Shown here piece after piece: positions 36,634 through 46,465 of a stretch of 52,666 nucleotides of DNA. Numbering within the stretch: position 1 is the first letter of the stretch; every line of letters begins with the position of its first letter. Origin of the DNA: a virus (lineage: Duplodnaviria; Caudoviricetes). The notes under the pieces were generated by a model. The model searched no databases. It saw only the letters and a list, made by a program, of their open reading frames with translations, and was not told the DNA's origin. The translations under genes were made by a program, and so were the position numbers. The stretch is taken from positions 1 through 52,666 of IMG/VR virus record IMGVR_UViG_3300036781_000342, one strand, 5' to 3'.

Positions 36634-38211
36634 GTGGCTGCTCCCCTCTGCCCAAAATGCGGTAAGCCGGTCGCGCGCAGCGGCGCATCGACGTCAGGTG
36701 TAATCCGCTACGAGCACCGCGGCGCCGCGAAGAAGGCGTGCGGTTGGCACGGCACGCGGCCGGTTGGCGTCGAGGAAGATCAGCAGGCCGGTATCAACCA
36801 GGCCGCCGCCAAGAAGCTCGCCCGTGTCGCGGGCAAAGCCGGCGCGCGGCGCCTCGTGATCACAGCGGCTCAGAACGCCACACCTGTAAATCGGGCGTTC
36901 CTGCAGTCCCTGTTGACCTACTGCGCCGCGCGCCAGGCCCAGCTGATCGTCATCCCGTACCGCTACAAGAACCCGACGTCGATGTGGTCGGCGTCGGCCG
37001 AAACCGACGACTGGTGGGCGGCCGAGATCGTGCCGTATCTGATGGACCGGCGTGTCGAGATAAACGCCAACCTCGTCCTACTCGGCGACATCAAGACCCA
37101 GCCAACGGCCAGCACGCCGCTTCAGGGTTTCGAGAACATCACAGGCGCGCGCAGCGCCATCATTGGTCATCCAAAACTGGCGCTGAAGGCTGTCCCAACG
37201 CCGCAGTCGCGCATGGCGAAGATTTTGACGACGACGGGCGCCGTCACTCAGAAGAACTACATCCCGTCGAAGGCCGGCAAGAAGGCCGAACACCATCACA
37301 CGTTCGGCGCGACGGTCGTCGAACTCGACGGCAAGCGTTTCCATCTGCGCCAGATCAACGCCACGGGCGACGGCTCATTCTGCGAGCTTGAGCACGAATA
37401 CGACGGCGCCAAGGTGCGCCGGCGCGATGCGGCCGCGCTCGTCATGGGCGACACGCACGCCGAGTTCGTCGACCCGGCCGTCATCGCCGCCACTTTTGAA
37501 GGGCCGGACAGCATTGTCGCGTCGTTGAAGCCCAGGACGCTTGTTTGGCACGATCTGCACGACTTCTACAGCCGCAACCACCACCACCGCGGCGAAGTGT
37601 TCGTCAACTACGCGAAGCATCACGCCGGCAAGGCCAACGTCCGGCGCGGGCTCGAGGACACGTTCGCGCTTGTCGATCGCGTGACGCCAAAGGGCGCGAC
37701 CAACATCTTCGTGCCGTCCAACCACCCTGACGCCCTCGCGCGCTGGGTCAAGGAGGCGGACCCCAAGACCGACCCCGAGAATTGTGTCTTTTGGGCCGAA
37801 ACGTTCGTCGCCATGTGCGCCGGCGCGCGCATGACGGAGACGGGCGCGCGCACCATCGACCCCTTCGCCTATTGGGGCCGGAAGATGCTCAAGACGGCGG
37901 CCTGTGCGCAGTTCCCGTCGCGCGACGAGGCCGTGATCATCAACGACATCGACGTCAACAACCACGGCGACGCCGGCGCCAACGGAGCGCGCGGCTCACT
38001 CAAGGGTTTCGCGCGCATCGGCGTAAAGACGATCGTTGGCCACAGCCACAGCCCTGGCATCGAAGAGGGTGCCTACCAGGTGGGCCACAACTCGCGCAGC
38101 GGCCTTGAGTACCAGCGCGGCGCTTCGTCATGGCTGCCGGCCGACTGTTTAATTTATGCAAACGGCAAACGCACTCTGCTGTTCATAATTGACGGGAAGT
38201 GGCGGGCATGA
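36634..38211 (+). CDS. Metallophosphoesterase-like protein with N-terminal Zn ribbon
   Basis: CPKC; GDTH, HD.HD, SNHPD, HGD, GHSHS. Confidence 0.75.
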   Translation: MAAPLCPKCGKPVARSGASTSGVIRYEHRGAAKKACGWHGTRPVGVEEDQQAGINQAAAKKLARVAGKAGARRLVITAAQNATPVNRAFLQSLLTYCAARQAQLIVIPYRYKNPTSMWSASAETDDWWAAEIVPYLMDRRVEINANLVLLGDIKTQPTASTPLQGFENITGARSAIIGHPKLALKAVPTPQSRMAKILTTTGAVTQKNYIPSKAGKKAEHHHTFGATVVELDGKRFHLRQINATGDGSFCELEHEYDGAKVRRRDAAALVMGDTHAEFVDPAVIAATFEGPDSIVASLKPRTLVWHDLHDFYSRNHHHRGEVFVNYAKHHAGKANVRRGLEDTFALVDRVTPKGATNIFVPSNHPDALARWVKEADPKTDPENCVFWAETFVAMCAGARMTETGARTIDPFAYWGRKMLKTAACAQFPSRDEAVIINDIDVNNHGDAGANGARGSLKGFARIGVKTIVGHSHSPGIEEGAYQVGHNSRSGLEYQRGASSWLPADCLIYANGKRTLLFIIDGKWRA

Positions 38212-38558
38212 ACCGCACCGGATGGGCGCGACGCTTCGAAAAAGCGTGTCGGGAGTGGCAGGCTCGAATGGGGCTGCTCGATTGGTCGATCCGCTACAAG
38301 GTTCGGGCCGGTGACGGCGATGCCGAGGCGCAAGTCGCCTATCGCGTCGATGCCCGCACCGCGACCATGACGGCCTACACGAACGTCGAGGACGGCGAGC
38401 CGGCAGTCCGCGTAGCGCTTCACGAAATGCTGCACCTGGTGCTGGCGGACGCGCTGAATGCGGCCGCACGCCGCGGCGACGACGCGCACCCGGACGTCGC
38501 CCGCGAAGAGCACCGGGCCATCGAACGGCTTATCAACGTGATCGCAGGGCCTCTCTGA
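38208..38558 (+). CDS. Small zincin-like metallopeptidase
   Basis: HEMLH motif with downstream EEH. Confidence 0.65.
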   Translation: MNRTGWARRFEKACREWQARMGLLDWSIRYKVRAGDGDAEAQVAYRVDARTATMTAYTNVEDGEPAVRVALHEMLHLVLADALNAAARRGDDAHPDVAREEHRAIERLINVIAGPL

Positions 38559-38812
38559 TGTGGCGCGCGCTGTCCGCCGCCGTCTTCATCGGCGACCCGA
38601 ATTGGGCGTGGCGCCGGCGCGTGACGTTCTCGGGCTGCGCCGTGTTCCTGGCTGGCGTCGCCAATGCCATTTGGTTCGACCACGACATCGCGCACGCCTC
38701 GATGGTGATGACGAATTGCGTCGCCGGCTTCGGCGCGACGTTGGCGATCTACGCCACGTTGGCCACCGGCGACGACCATCTCAAACGCAAAGCCGACGGA
38801 GGGCAGGCATGA
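38558..38812 (+). CDS. Holin (2 TM)
   Basis: WAWRRRVTF, two TMs, immediately upstream of the lysozyme. Confidence 0.7.
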   Translation: MWRALSAAVFIGDPNWAWRRRVTFSGCAVFLAGVANAIWFDHDIAHASMVMTNCVAGFGATLAIYATLATGDDHLKRKADGGQA

Positions 38813-39264
38813 AGACTAGCGCACAAGGCTTGTCGCTGCTGATGCAGCGCGAGGGCGTCCGCCTGACGCCGTATCAGGACACCGAAGGGAATTGGACCGA
38901 CGGCGTGGGGAACACCCACGGCGTCGTGCCCAACGGGCCGCCGATCACGCACGAGAAGGCGATGGAGGACCTCGAGCGCAACGTCGCCTGGGCGGAAGAC
39001 GCCGTCACGAAGTGCGTCACGGTCCCGCTCAATCAGGACCAGTTCGACGCGCTGGTGTCGTTCACCTTCAACGCAGGTCCCTACGCTTTGCCGAACGGCG
39101 ATCACGGCGGCCCATGCAGCATCCTGCGCGCGCTCAATGCTGGCAACTATATCGACGCCGCCCAGGCGTTCCGTAACTGGTGCAACCCGGCATCGATCAC
39201 GTCGCGCCGAATGGGCGAAATGTTCCAATTCGCGGGGACGCGCTTCGAGGCCCGCGTCGAGTGA
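38809..39264 (+). CDS. Endolysin, GH24 lysozyme
   Basis: E-x8-D-x5-T (REGVRLTPYQDTEGNWT); QDQFDALVSFTFNAG. Confidence 0.92.
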   Translation: MKTSAQGLSLLMQREGVRLTPYQDTEGNWTDGVGNTHGVVPNGPPITHEKAMEDLERNVAWAEDAVTKCVTVPLNQDQFDALVSFTFNAGPYALPNGDHGGPCSILRALNAGNYIDAAQAFRNWCNPASITSRRMGEMFQFAGTRFEARVE

Positions 39265-39665
39265 ACCCGCTCGACGCCCTCATCCCGTCGTGGGTGAAGC
39301 TCGCCGCGATCGGCGTGCTGCTGGTGGCGCTCGTCGGCGCCGTCTTCGCGATCAAGTCGTCGTGGGAGGCCGAGGGCGCCGCCAAGATCATCGCCGCCGA
39401 CCAGAAAGCCATCGCCGAGCAGCAGGCCAAGGACGCCAAGCTCTCGGCCGAGATCGTCGCCAAGCAAGCCGTCGAGCTCGCCGACCTGCAGAACCGGGCA
39501 CAAACCGTCATCACGAGGATCGACAATGCGCCATCTACTTCGGGCTGCGGCCCTGTCATGCGCGACGCTTCTCACGGCCTGCGCGAACTCTTCCAGCGTC
39601 CCGGTGGCGCGCAAACCGGACGCCAGCTTGCTCCTGCCTTGTCAGGACCCAACGTTGGTAGCTGA
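39261..39665 (+). CDS. i-spanin (Rz-like)
   Basis: N-terminal TM and coiled coil after the endolysin. Confidence 0.8.
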   Translation: MNPLDALIPSWVKLAAIGVLLVALVGAVFAIKSSWEAEGAAKIIAADQKAIAEQQAKDAKLSAEIVAKQAVELADLQNRAQTVITRIDNAPSTSGCGPVMRDASHGLRELFQRPGGAQTGRQLAPALSGPNVGS

Positions 39666-39789
39666 TCCCGACACCGCGACGGACAACGACGTAGCCGCCG
39701 AGCGCATTCGCGTCGGTCAGGCGTACCTGGCGTGCAAACAACGCCACGCCGACCTCGTCACCTTTGAGAAGGGAGGGACAACCCCGTGA
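39526..39789 (+). CDS. o-spanin lipoprotein (Rz1-like), overlapping
   Basis: Lipobox LTAC; PDASLLLPC; +1 frame overlap with the i-spanin. Confidence 0.8.
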   Translation: MRHLLRAAALSCATLLTACANSSSVPVARKPDASLLLPCQDPTLVADPDTATDNDVAAERIRVGQAYLACKQRHADLVTFEKGGTTP

Positions 39790-40175
39790 CCCGCAAAGAC
39801 CTGTTCGCCGTCACGCTCGCTATCGTCGGCTTTTTCAGCTTCGTCTGGGCCGACAAGGCTCTTGCACACGGCCCGTACTCGCATTGGCTCACCCCCGGCA
39901 CCGCGGCGAGCTGTTGCAACGAGAAAAAAACCATCAACGGCGAGATGACCGGCGACTGCTACCCCACCGTCGCCGAGTTGCGGCCGAGCGCCGACAAAGC
40001 GGTGACGGGTGTCGTCTGGTGGGCGAAGCGCGACACGGGGGAGTGGACTGAAATTCCCGGAACGAGCGTCCTTCACGAGCTTAATCCTGATGAGACGGGC
40101 CAGGCGGCGCATCTCTGCTACAGCGACATCACCAACCACGTCCTCTGTTTCGTCCCACCCTTCGGCGGGGGCTGA
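39786..40175 (+). CDS. Secreted Cys-containing hypothetical protein
   Basis: Signal peptide ALA-H; SCC..DC..HLC..LCFVPP. Confidence 0.7.
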   Translation: MTRKDLFAVTLAIVGFFSFVWADKALAHGPYSHWLTPGTAASCCNEKKTINGEMTGDCYPTVAELRPSADKAVTGVVWWAKRDTGEWTEIPGTSVLHELNPDETGQAAHLCYSDITNHVLCFVPPFGGG

Positions 40176-41827
40176 TGCCGCACCCGAACGCCATCAACCC
40201 GGCCACCGGCAAGCGCTACAGCTTCGTTCCGCCCGAAAAGCGTAGCGCAGCAGCCCAGCAGGCAGAGAAAACGAAGCAGAACGACCAGCAAATCCTGTTG
40301 CTCAAACGTCAGCTCGCGGCCGTGGAATCGCGCGAACGGCTGCTGACGTTCACGAAATTCATGATGCCGGACCCCGAGGCGATGGATGACGCCTCACGTA
40401 GCAAGTACGAAGCGGCACGGTTCCACGAGGAAATCGCCAAAGTCCTCGAGCAGGTTGAAGACGGCCGCATACCGTTGCTGATTTTCTGTATGCCGCCGCG
40501 GCACGGCAAGACGCAGCTCGCCACCAAGAGCTTCGCCGCCTGGTACAGCGGTCGACACCCCGATCACGACGTCATCGTGGCGGCCGCTGGCGACGATCTG
40601 GCCGCCGACATGGGAGCCGACACCCGCGCCATCATGACGTCGCCGCAGTACAAACTGGTCTTCCCTCGCCATAAACTACGACGCGGCGGTACGGCGAAAG
40701 ACAACATCCAAACCGACAAAGGCGGCCGGCTGATCTTCGCGGGGCGCGGCGGCCAGATTAACGGCCGCGGCGCTCATTTGCTGCTGATCGACGATCTCTA
40801 CAAGGACGACAAAGAGGCGCGCTCGCAAACCATCCGCGACGACGCCTGGAATTGGTTCACCCGCGTCGCCCTGAAGCGTCGCATGGGTAAGAAGCTCGTC
40901 GTGGTCACGATGACGCGCTGGCATAGTGACGACCTAATCGGCCGCCTAACGGACCCGGAAAACCCGCACTACAACGAGGACGAGGCCAAAACCTGGAAGA
41001 TTATCCGGCTTCCGGGCCTGGCTGAAGACGACGACCCCCTTGGCCGCAAGCCCGGCCAGGCGCTGTGGCCCGAGCGGTACGACGAAGAGTACCACGCCGC
41101 CGATCGCCGGCGCGATCCGCTCGGCTTCGAGGCGCTGGTGCAGCAACGGCCGACGGTGGCCGACGGTGTGCTCTTCCGGCGCGAGAACATTCGCTACTAC
41201 GACACGAAAGATTTGCCGGAAGAACTGCGGGTCTACTGCGCTTCCGACCACGCCGTTGGCACCAAACAGCGCAACGACCCGTCGTGCTTCGTCAAGATCG
41301 GTGTCGACCGGGAAGATAACATTTACATTCTCGATTGCTGGTGGAAGCGGGCGCGCACCGACGAAGCTGTCGAGGCAATGCTGACAATGGGTGCCACGGG
41401 CAACCGGCGACCGCTCATATGGTGGGCCGAGCGCGGTCAGATAACGGGGTCGATAGGGCCGTTCTTGCGCAAACGGATGCAGGAGACCGGACAGTACATC
41501 AACGTCATCGAAGTGACGCCAAAGGCCGACAAGGAGCAACGGGCGCAGTCAATCGCCGCTCGCGTCGCTATGGGCCGTGTTTTATGGCCGAATGGCCCTG
41601 ACTGGACCGAAAGGTCGATCAACGAGCTGATGGCCTTCCCGAACGGCACGCACGATGACTTTGTCGACGCGCTCGCGTATATTGGTCTCGGGCTCCCCCG
41701 CCAGGTGCGGGCCAGTGCGCCGCCCAGGAAGCAGGATGTGCCGAAGTTCGGCACCCTAGCCTGGGTGAAGTACACAGCCAAATGGCACGATGACGAGGCC
41801 AAGCGCAAAGCGATGGGCGGTTTTTGA
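40175..41827 (+). CDS. terL: Terminase large subunit
   Basis: MPPRHGKT, LLIDD, TRWH.DD, FPNGTHDDFVDA. Confidence 0.95.
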   Translation: MPHPNAINPATGKRYSFVPPEKRSAAAQQAEKTKQNDQQILLLKRQLAAVESRERLLTFTKFMMPDPEAMDDASRSKYEAARFHEEIAKVLEQVEDGRIPLLIFCMPPRHGKTQLATKSFAAWYSGRHPDHDVIVAAAGDDLAADMGADTRAIMTSPQYKLVFPRHKLRRGGTAKDNIQTDKGGRLIFAGRGGQINGRGAHLLLIDDLYKDDKEARSQTIRDDAWNWFTRVALKRRMGKKLVVVTMTRWHSDDLIGRLTDPENPHYNEDEAKTWKIIRLPGLAEDDDPLGRKPGQALWPERYDEEYHAADRRRDPLGFEALVQQRPTVADGVLFRRENIRYYDTKDLPEELRVYCASDHAVGTKQRNDPSCFVKIGVDREDNIYILDCWWKRARTDEAVEAMLTMGATGNRRPLIWWAERGQITGSIGPFLRKRMQETGQYINVIEVTPKADKEQRAQSIAARVAMGRVLWPNGPDWTERSINELMAFPNGTHDDFVDALAYIGLGLPRQVRASAPPRKQDVPKFGTLAWVKYTAKWHDDEAKRKAMGGF

Positions 41828-44211
41828 TGTCCGGCATGTCTGATCCGTCTGATTCCTACGACGACGTCCAGCCGATCAGCGACGGCGGGTCGGACGACGG
41901 CTCGCGGGACACCCAGACGGTCGACACGACTGCTGACGGAAGCAGCGGGAACACGCCCGAGCAGGACCGCAAGCTCGTCCAGAAGCGCCTCGAGATGATC
42001 CGGCGCGACAAGAAGCACTTCGAGAAGGTCTTCAAGCAGATGGACCGCGACATGTTTGTCGCGCTCCATGGTCGCGACCCCGACTGGAGCGACAAGAGCT
42101 ACGAGGCCAACATCACCGGCCAGCACATCAAGACGAAAACGGCCGCCCTCTACGCCAAGAACCCGAAGATCGTCTCGACCCGCAAGGAGAAGATGGACTT
42201 CCTGATCTGGGACGAGACGCAGGAGTCGCTGGCGGCGGCGATGCAGACTGTCCAGGTGGGCCAGCAGATCATCGCGACACAGATGGCGGCGCAAATGCTC
42301 GCTCAGAAGGGCGCCGGGCAGACGGTTGTGGACGGCCCCGCGGGACCGATGCCGGCAGCCTTCGGCCACAACGGCGGCCCGCCGATGGAGCAGCCGCAGA
42401 TTCCGCCCCAGATGCCCCCGGCATCGACGCCAAGCGCGCCGTCACCGGCCGTTGCCGCCATGATGCCGCCGCCCGAGCCGATTCCGGGCTTCAACGACGC
42501 CCAGGCACTGCTGCAGGACGTGCAGCAGGGCATCGCGCGGCGCCGGATGCTGAAAAAGTTCGGCAAAACCCTCGAAATTCTCTTCGCCGACGCGATGGCC
42601 GAGCAGACGCCGCTCGATTTCAAGGCGGCGATGAAGCGAGTGGTGCGGCGAAGCCTCACCACAGGCGTCGGCTACGTCGAAATGGGCTTTCAACGCGAGT
42701 ATGGCGTCCCGCCGGGCGTCACCGATCAGCTCGCCGACTACCGCCAGCGCATCAACCACCTGCAGCGCCTGATGGAAGAGGCCGCAGAGGGCGAAATCGA
42801 CGAATTGGACGCCGAAATGGCCGAGTTGCAGAAGATGCTGGCCGCGCTGAACGATCAGCCGCAGGCAATCCTGCGTTCCGGCCTCACTTTCGACTTCCTG
42901 CAGTCGACCAAGGTAATCCCCGACCGATTCTGCACGTCACTCGTCGGTTTCATCGGTTGCCGGCACGTCACCATCGAATATCTACGCACCAAGGCGTATG
43001 TCGAAGAGACTTTCGGCGTCGAACTGAAGGAGCGCTACACACCGTACACCGTCGACGGCCAGCGGACCTACGGCGACCGCGGCGTCGACTACGGCGAGGA
43101 CGCCACCGCGGGTATTTTCGGCGGATCCGGTCACGACGACGACCTCGTCATGCTGTTCAAGCAGTACGACAAGGTTTCCGGCCTCGTTTACTGGATGGTC
43201 GACGGCCACCCGAACTTCATCAAGGAGCCGGCAGCCCCGGACGTGGTCGTGCCACGATTCTGGCCGGTCTACGCCATCTGCTTCAACGAAACCGAGAACG
43301 AGAAGAGCCCGTTTCCGCGATCCGACGTCGAATTGCTCAAGCATGTGCAGCGGGAGATCAACCGCAGCCGCCAGGGCAAGCGCGAGCACCGCGAGGCGGC
43401 GCGGCCGCGCTTCATCTACGCCAATGGCGCGCTCGACGAGGAAGAGGACATTCCCGCGCTCGAGAACGCCAAGGCGTTCGACGCCATCGGCCTCAAGGGA
43501 CTCGGCACCGACCAGGACGTCAACAAGGCGCTCCAGGTTCTGAAGATGCCGGGCGTCGACCCGAACCTCTACGACACCAACGAAGTGCTCATGGACGCCT
43601 CGCTGACGGTCGGCGCGACGGCCGGACAGCTCGGCGGCACCGCGAAGAACACGGCCACCGGCGAGGCCATCGCCAGCGGCACCGTGTCGGCGACGGACAG
43701 TTCTTCGATCGACGAGCTCGACGGCTTCCTCACCATGATCGCCCGCGACGGCAGTCAGGTGCTGATGACGAACATGAGCAAGGACGAGGTCATCCCGATC
43801 GCCGGGCCGGGGGCCGTGTGGGTCGAGGACATCGGCGCCGACCCCGAGCAGATATACAACGAGGTCTTCCTGCGCGTCGAAGCGGGCTCGACGGGCAAGC
43901 CCAACCAGGCCGACGAGATTCGCAACTTCAAGGATCTTGCCCCGCTGCTATTGCAGACGGGCGCCATCCCGCCGCAGTTCCTCGCGCGCGAAGGCGTCCG
44001 TCGCCTCGACGACCGCATCGACCTGACGGAGGCCATCGTCGAAGGCGTCCCGGCGATCGTCGCCATGAATCGCAATTCGCAGATGGCGCAGGGCGACCCG
44101 CAGAAGGATCCGAACCAGCAGGGCGGCGAAGGCGGCGACAAGAACGCGACGCCGAGCGGCCCGGCCGGCAGCACCGCCCCGATGGGCAACAACCAGCATC
44201 CGCAGGTTTGA
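41827..44211 (+). CDS. Portal protein (podovirus type)
   Basis: Follows TerL; ~795 aa; TATGEAI; RVEAGSTGKPN. Confidence 0.85.
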   Translation: MSGMSDPSDSYDDVQPISDGGSDDGSRDTQTVDTTADGSSGNTPEQDRKLVQKRLEMIRRDKKHFEKVFKQMDRDMFVALHGRDPDWSDKSYEANITGQHIKTKTAALYAKNPKIVSTRKEKMDFLIWDETQESLAAAMQTVQVGQQIIATQMAAQMLAQKGAGQTVVDGPAGPMPAAFGHNGGPPMEQPQIPPQMPPASTPSAPSPAVAAMMPPPEPIPGFNDAQALLQDVQQGIARRRMLKKFGKTLEILFADAMAEQTPLDFKAAMKRVVRRSLTTGVGYVEMGFQREYGVPPGVTDQLADYRQRINHLQRLMEEAAEGEIDELDAEMAELQKMLAALNDQPQAILRSGLTFDFLQSTKVIPDRFCTSLVGFIGCRHVTIEYLRTKAYVEETFGVELKERYTPYTVDGQRTYGDRGVDYGEDATAGIFGGSGHDDDLVMLFKQYDKVSGLVYWMVDGHPNFIKEPAAPDVVVPRFWPVYAICFNETENEKSPFPRSDVELLKHVQREINRSRQGKREHREAARPRFIYANGALDEEEDIPALENAKAFDAIGLKGLGTDQDVNKALQVLKMPGVDPNLYDTNEVLMDASLTVGATAGQLGGTAKNTATGEAIASGTVSATDSSSIDELDGFLTMIARDGSQVLMTNMSKDEVIPIAGPGAVWVEDIGADPEQIYNEVFLRVEAGSTGKPNQADEIRNFKDLAPLLLQTGAIPPQFLAREGVRRLDDRIDLTEAIVEGVPAIVAMNRNSQMAQGDPQKDPNQQGGEGGDKNATPSGPAGSTAPMGNNQHPQV

Positions 44212-44282
44212 TTTGCCTTGTCTGTCTGATGTCTGGCGCAAACGTCAGACGTGCGCTACAATGACCCCAGCACGGAGATTCA

Positions 44283-45365
44283 ATGCCCTTGCCTCTGGAC
44301 GATAATTCGGTGTCGGACTCGTCCGACGACACCACCCTGGACGTAGCGACCAACGATCAGCAGCTCGGCAACGAGCAGCAGGTCGACACTGGCGCTGATG
44401 GCGCGGATTCGTCCGACGCGCACGGCGATAACGCCGCTCAAGACACTGCCGGCCTCGTTCGCGATGTCGTCAAGCAGGGTCGCGAGCAGGCGACGGCCTC
44501 GCCAGCCGAAGGTGTGGAACAGCAGACCCAGGAAGCTGCAGACCAGGAAGACAAGGGCGAAAGCGACGATTACGCCGACGCCCCCTTCAACAAGCACCCC
44601 CGCTTCCGTCATCTGATCAAGGTGCGCGACGGCCTGAAGGCCGAACGCGACTCCTTTAAGGAAGACGCGGGCCGCTATCACAATGTCCAGACGTTCATGG
44701 ACGACCACGGCATCTCTTCGCAGGAGACCGCGGACGCCTTCATGTTCATGGCCGATGTGAAAGCGGGCCGGTTCGCCGAAGCGTGGGACAAGATCAAGCC
44801 GACCGTCCAGGAACTTTTGGTGCGGGCTGGCGAAGTTCTCCCTGACGACCTCAAGCAGGACGTCGATGCAGGCGCAATCTCGCAGGAACGGGCAGTCGAA
44901 CTGTCCCGTCAGCGCGCGAAAGCGGCCTCGCTCGAACAGGGGCGCAGCTTCGACCAGCAGCGACAGCAGCGCAGCAGCCAGCAGGCGGCGGCGCAGCAGT
45001 TGCACAGTACGGCGATCGACTGGTCACGCGATCGCGGCCGCAAGGATCCGCAGTTCCAAGCCAAAATGCCGCTTCTGATGAAGGAAGTGAGCTGGTTGCA
45101 GTCGCAGCGTCGGGGCACTGAAGGCCACGACCACGACGGGCGGCCCCTGACGTCGGAAGGCGTCAAGGCGCAGCTCGAGGAAGCCTACAAGAACGTTGTT
45201 CCCCCGGCGGCGCGTGGCGCCAACGGGAAGTTCGTTCCCAAGGTTGGCGACGGTACGGCCAAGCCACGACCGACAGCAGCGGGCGGCGCGTCAGGAACCG
45301 CTCGGCCGCAGCCGAAGACGACGCTCGACATCATTCGGGCCGTCCGGGAGCAGCGCGCCGGCTAA
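44283..45365 (+). CDS. Scaffolding protein
   Basis: Acidic N-terminus, PFNKHPRF, coiled coil; between portal and capsid. Confidence 0.75.
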   Translation: MPLPLDDNSVSDSSDDTTLDVATNDQQLGNEQQVDTGADGADSSDAHGDNAAQDTAGLVRDVVKQGREQATASPAEGVEQQTQEAADQEDKGESDDYADAPFNKHPRFRHLIKVRDGLKAERDSFKEDAGRYHNVQTFMDDHGISSQETADAFMFMADVKAGRFAEAWDKIKPTVQELLVRAGEVLPDDLKQDVDAGAISQERAVELSRQRAKAASLEQGRSFDQQRQQRSSQQAAAQQLHSTAIDWSRDRGRKDPQFQAKMPLLMKEVSWLQSQRRGTEGHDHDGRPLTSEGVKAQLEEAYKNVVPPAARGANGKFVPKVGDGTAKPRPTAAGGASGTARPQPKTTLDIIRAVREQRAG

Positions 45366-45381
45366 CCACCAGGGTTAGTCA

Positions 45382-46452
45382 ATGCCTTTTACTGCAGAAG
45401 AGATTGCAAACATCAACGCCGCGTCGCTCGAGGCTTATATCGAGAAGGGCACGGTGTTCAAGCAGAACGTGAGCATGAAGCCCATGCTCAAGGAGTTCGA
45501 TGACGCCCGCGGCCAGTTCGCGGGTGGCAACACGTATGCCTCGGTCGGCGTCAAGTCCGGCCAGGGTGGCGGCTCGCTCGCCGGCTACACGCACGACGAC
45601 CAGGTGTCCTACTACAACTCGGCCACCAACAAGCGCGTGAAGTACGCCTGGAAGGAACACCACATCGGCCAGGTGATCACGCACACCGAGCTCAAGATCG
45701 ACGGCGTCGACGTGTCGGATGAGGGCTCCAAGCAGTCCACCTCCGATATGGACGGCCGCGAGGAGCATGTGCTGGCCAATCTGCTCGACGAGAAGAACGA
45801 CGACCTCGGCGAGGACTACGCCAAGTCACTCGACTCGCTGATCCACGGCGACGGCACCAGCGACACCAAGGCGCTGGCGGGCATCCGCTCGCTAATCGTC
45901 GACGACCCGACCGTCGGTGTCACCGGCGGCCTCGACAAGTCGGTCAACACCGGGTGGCGCAACCGCGCCTTCACCGGCGTCGGCGGCGCGGGCGCGAAGT
46001 TCACGTCCAGCACGTCTGGCGGCGGCGCCCTGCTGCAGGCGCTCCAGAAGGAGTTCCGCACGCTGGGCCGGTACGCGCAGGGCGGCACCCGCTGGCGCTA
46101 CTTCGCCGGCACCGACCTGATCGACGCGATCGAGAAGGAGCTGCGCGCCAACGGCAACTACACGCTCGATGGCTTCACCAACGAGAAGGTCGTCGACGGT
46201 TCGATGGCCGACGTCAAGTGGAAGGGCCAGAAGATCACCTGGGATCCGACCATGGACGACCTCGGCTACGGCAAGCGCCTGTACGTCATCGACATGCGCC
46301 GCATCCGCCTGCTGTACATGAACGGCCAGCGCATGAAGAAGCATCAGCCGGCGCGGCCGTATGACCGCTACGTCATGTACAACGGCCTCACCACGACCGC
46401 AGTCATGGTGGCGCAGCAGCTCAACACGTCCGCCGTTTACGACATCAACTAG
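45382..46452 (+). CDS. Major capsid protein
   Basis: 356 aa, strongest codon bias; LIHGDGT..LAGIRSL..GGLD..WRN. Confidence 0.88.
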   Translation: MPFTAEEIANINAASLEAYIEKGTVFKQNVSMKPMLKEFDDARGQFAGGNTYASVGVKSGQGGGSLAGYTHDDQVSYYNSATNKRVKYAWKEHHIGQVITHTELKIDGVDVSDEGSKQSTSDMDGREEHVLANLLDEKNDDLGEDYAKSLDSLIHGDGTSDTKALAGIRSLIVDDPTVGVTGGLDKSVNTGWRNRAFTGVGGAGAKFTSSTSGGGALLQALQKEFRTLGRYAQGGTRWRYFAGTDLIDAIEKELRANGNYTLDGFTNEKVVDGSMADVKWKGQKITWDPTMDDLGYGKRLYVIDMRRIRLLYMNGQRMKKHQPARPYDRYVMYNGLTTTAVMVAQQLNTSAVYDIN

Positions 46453-46465
46453 GGGCTGCAGCACC

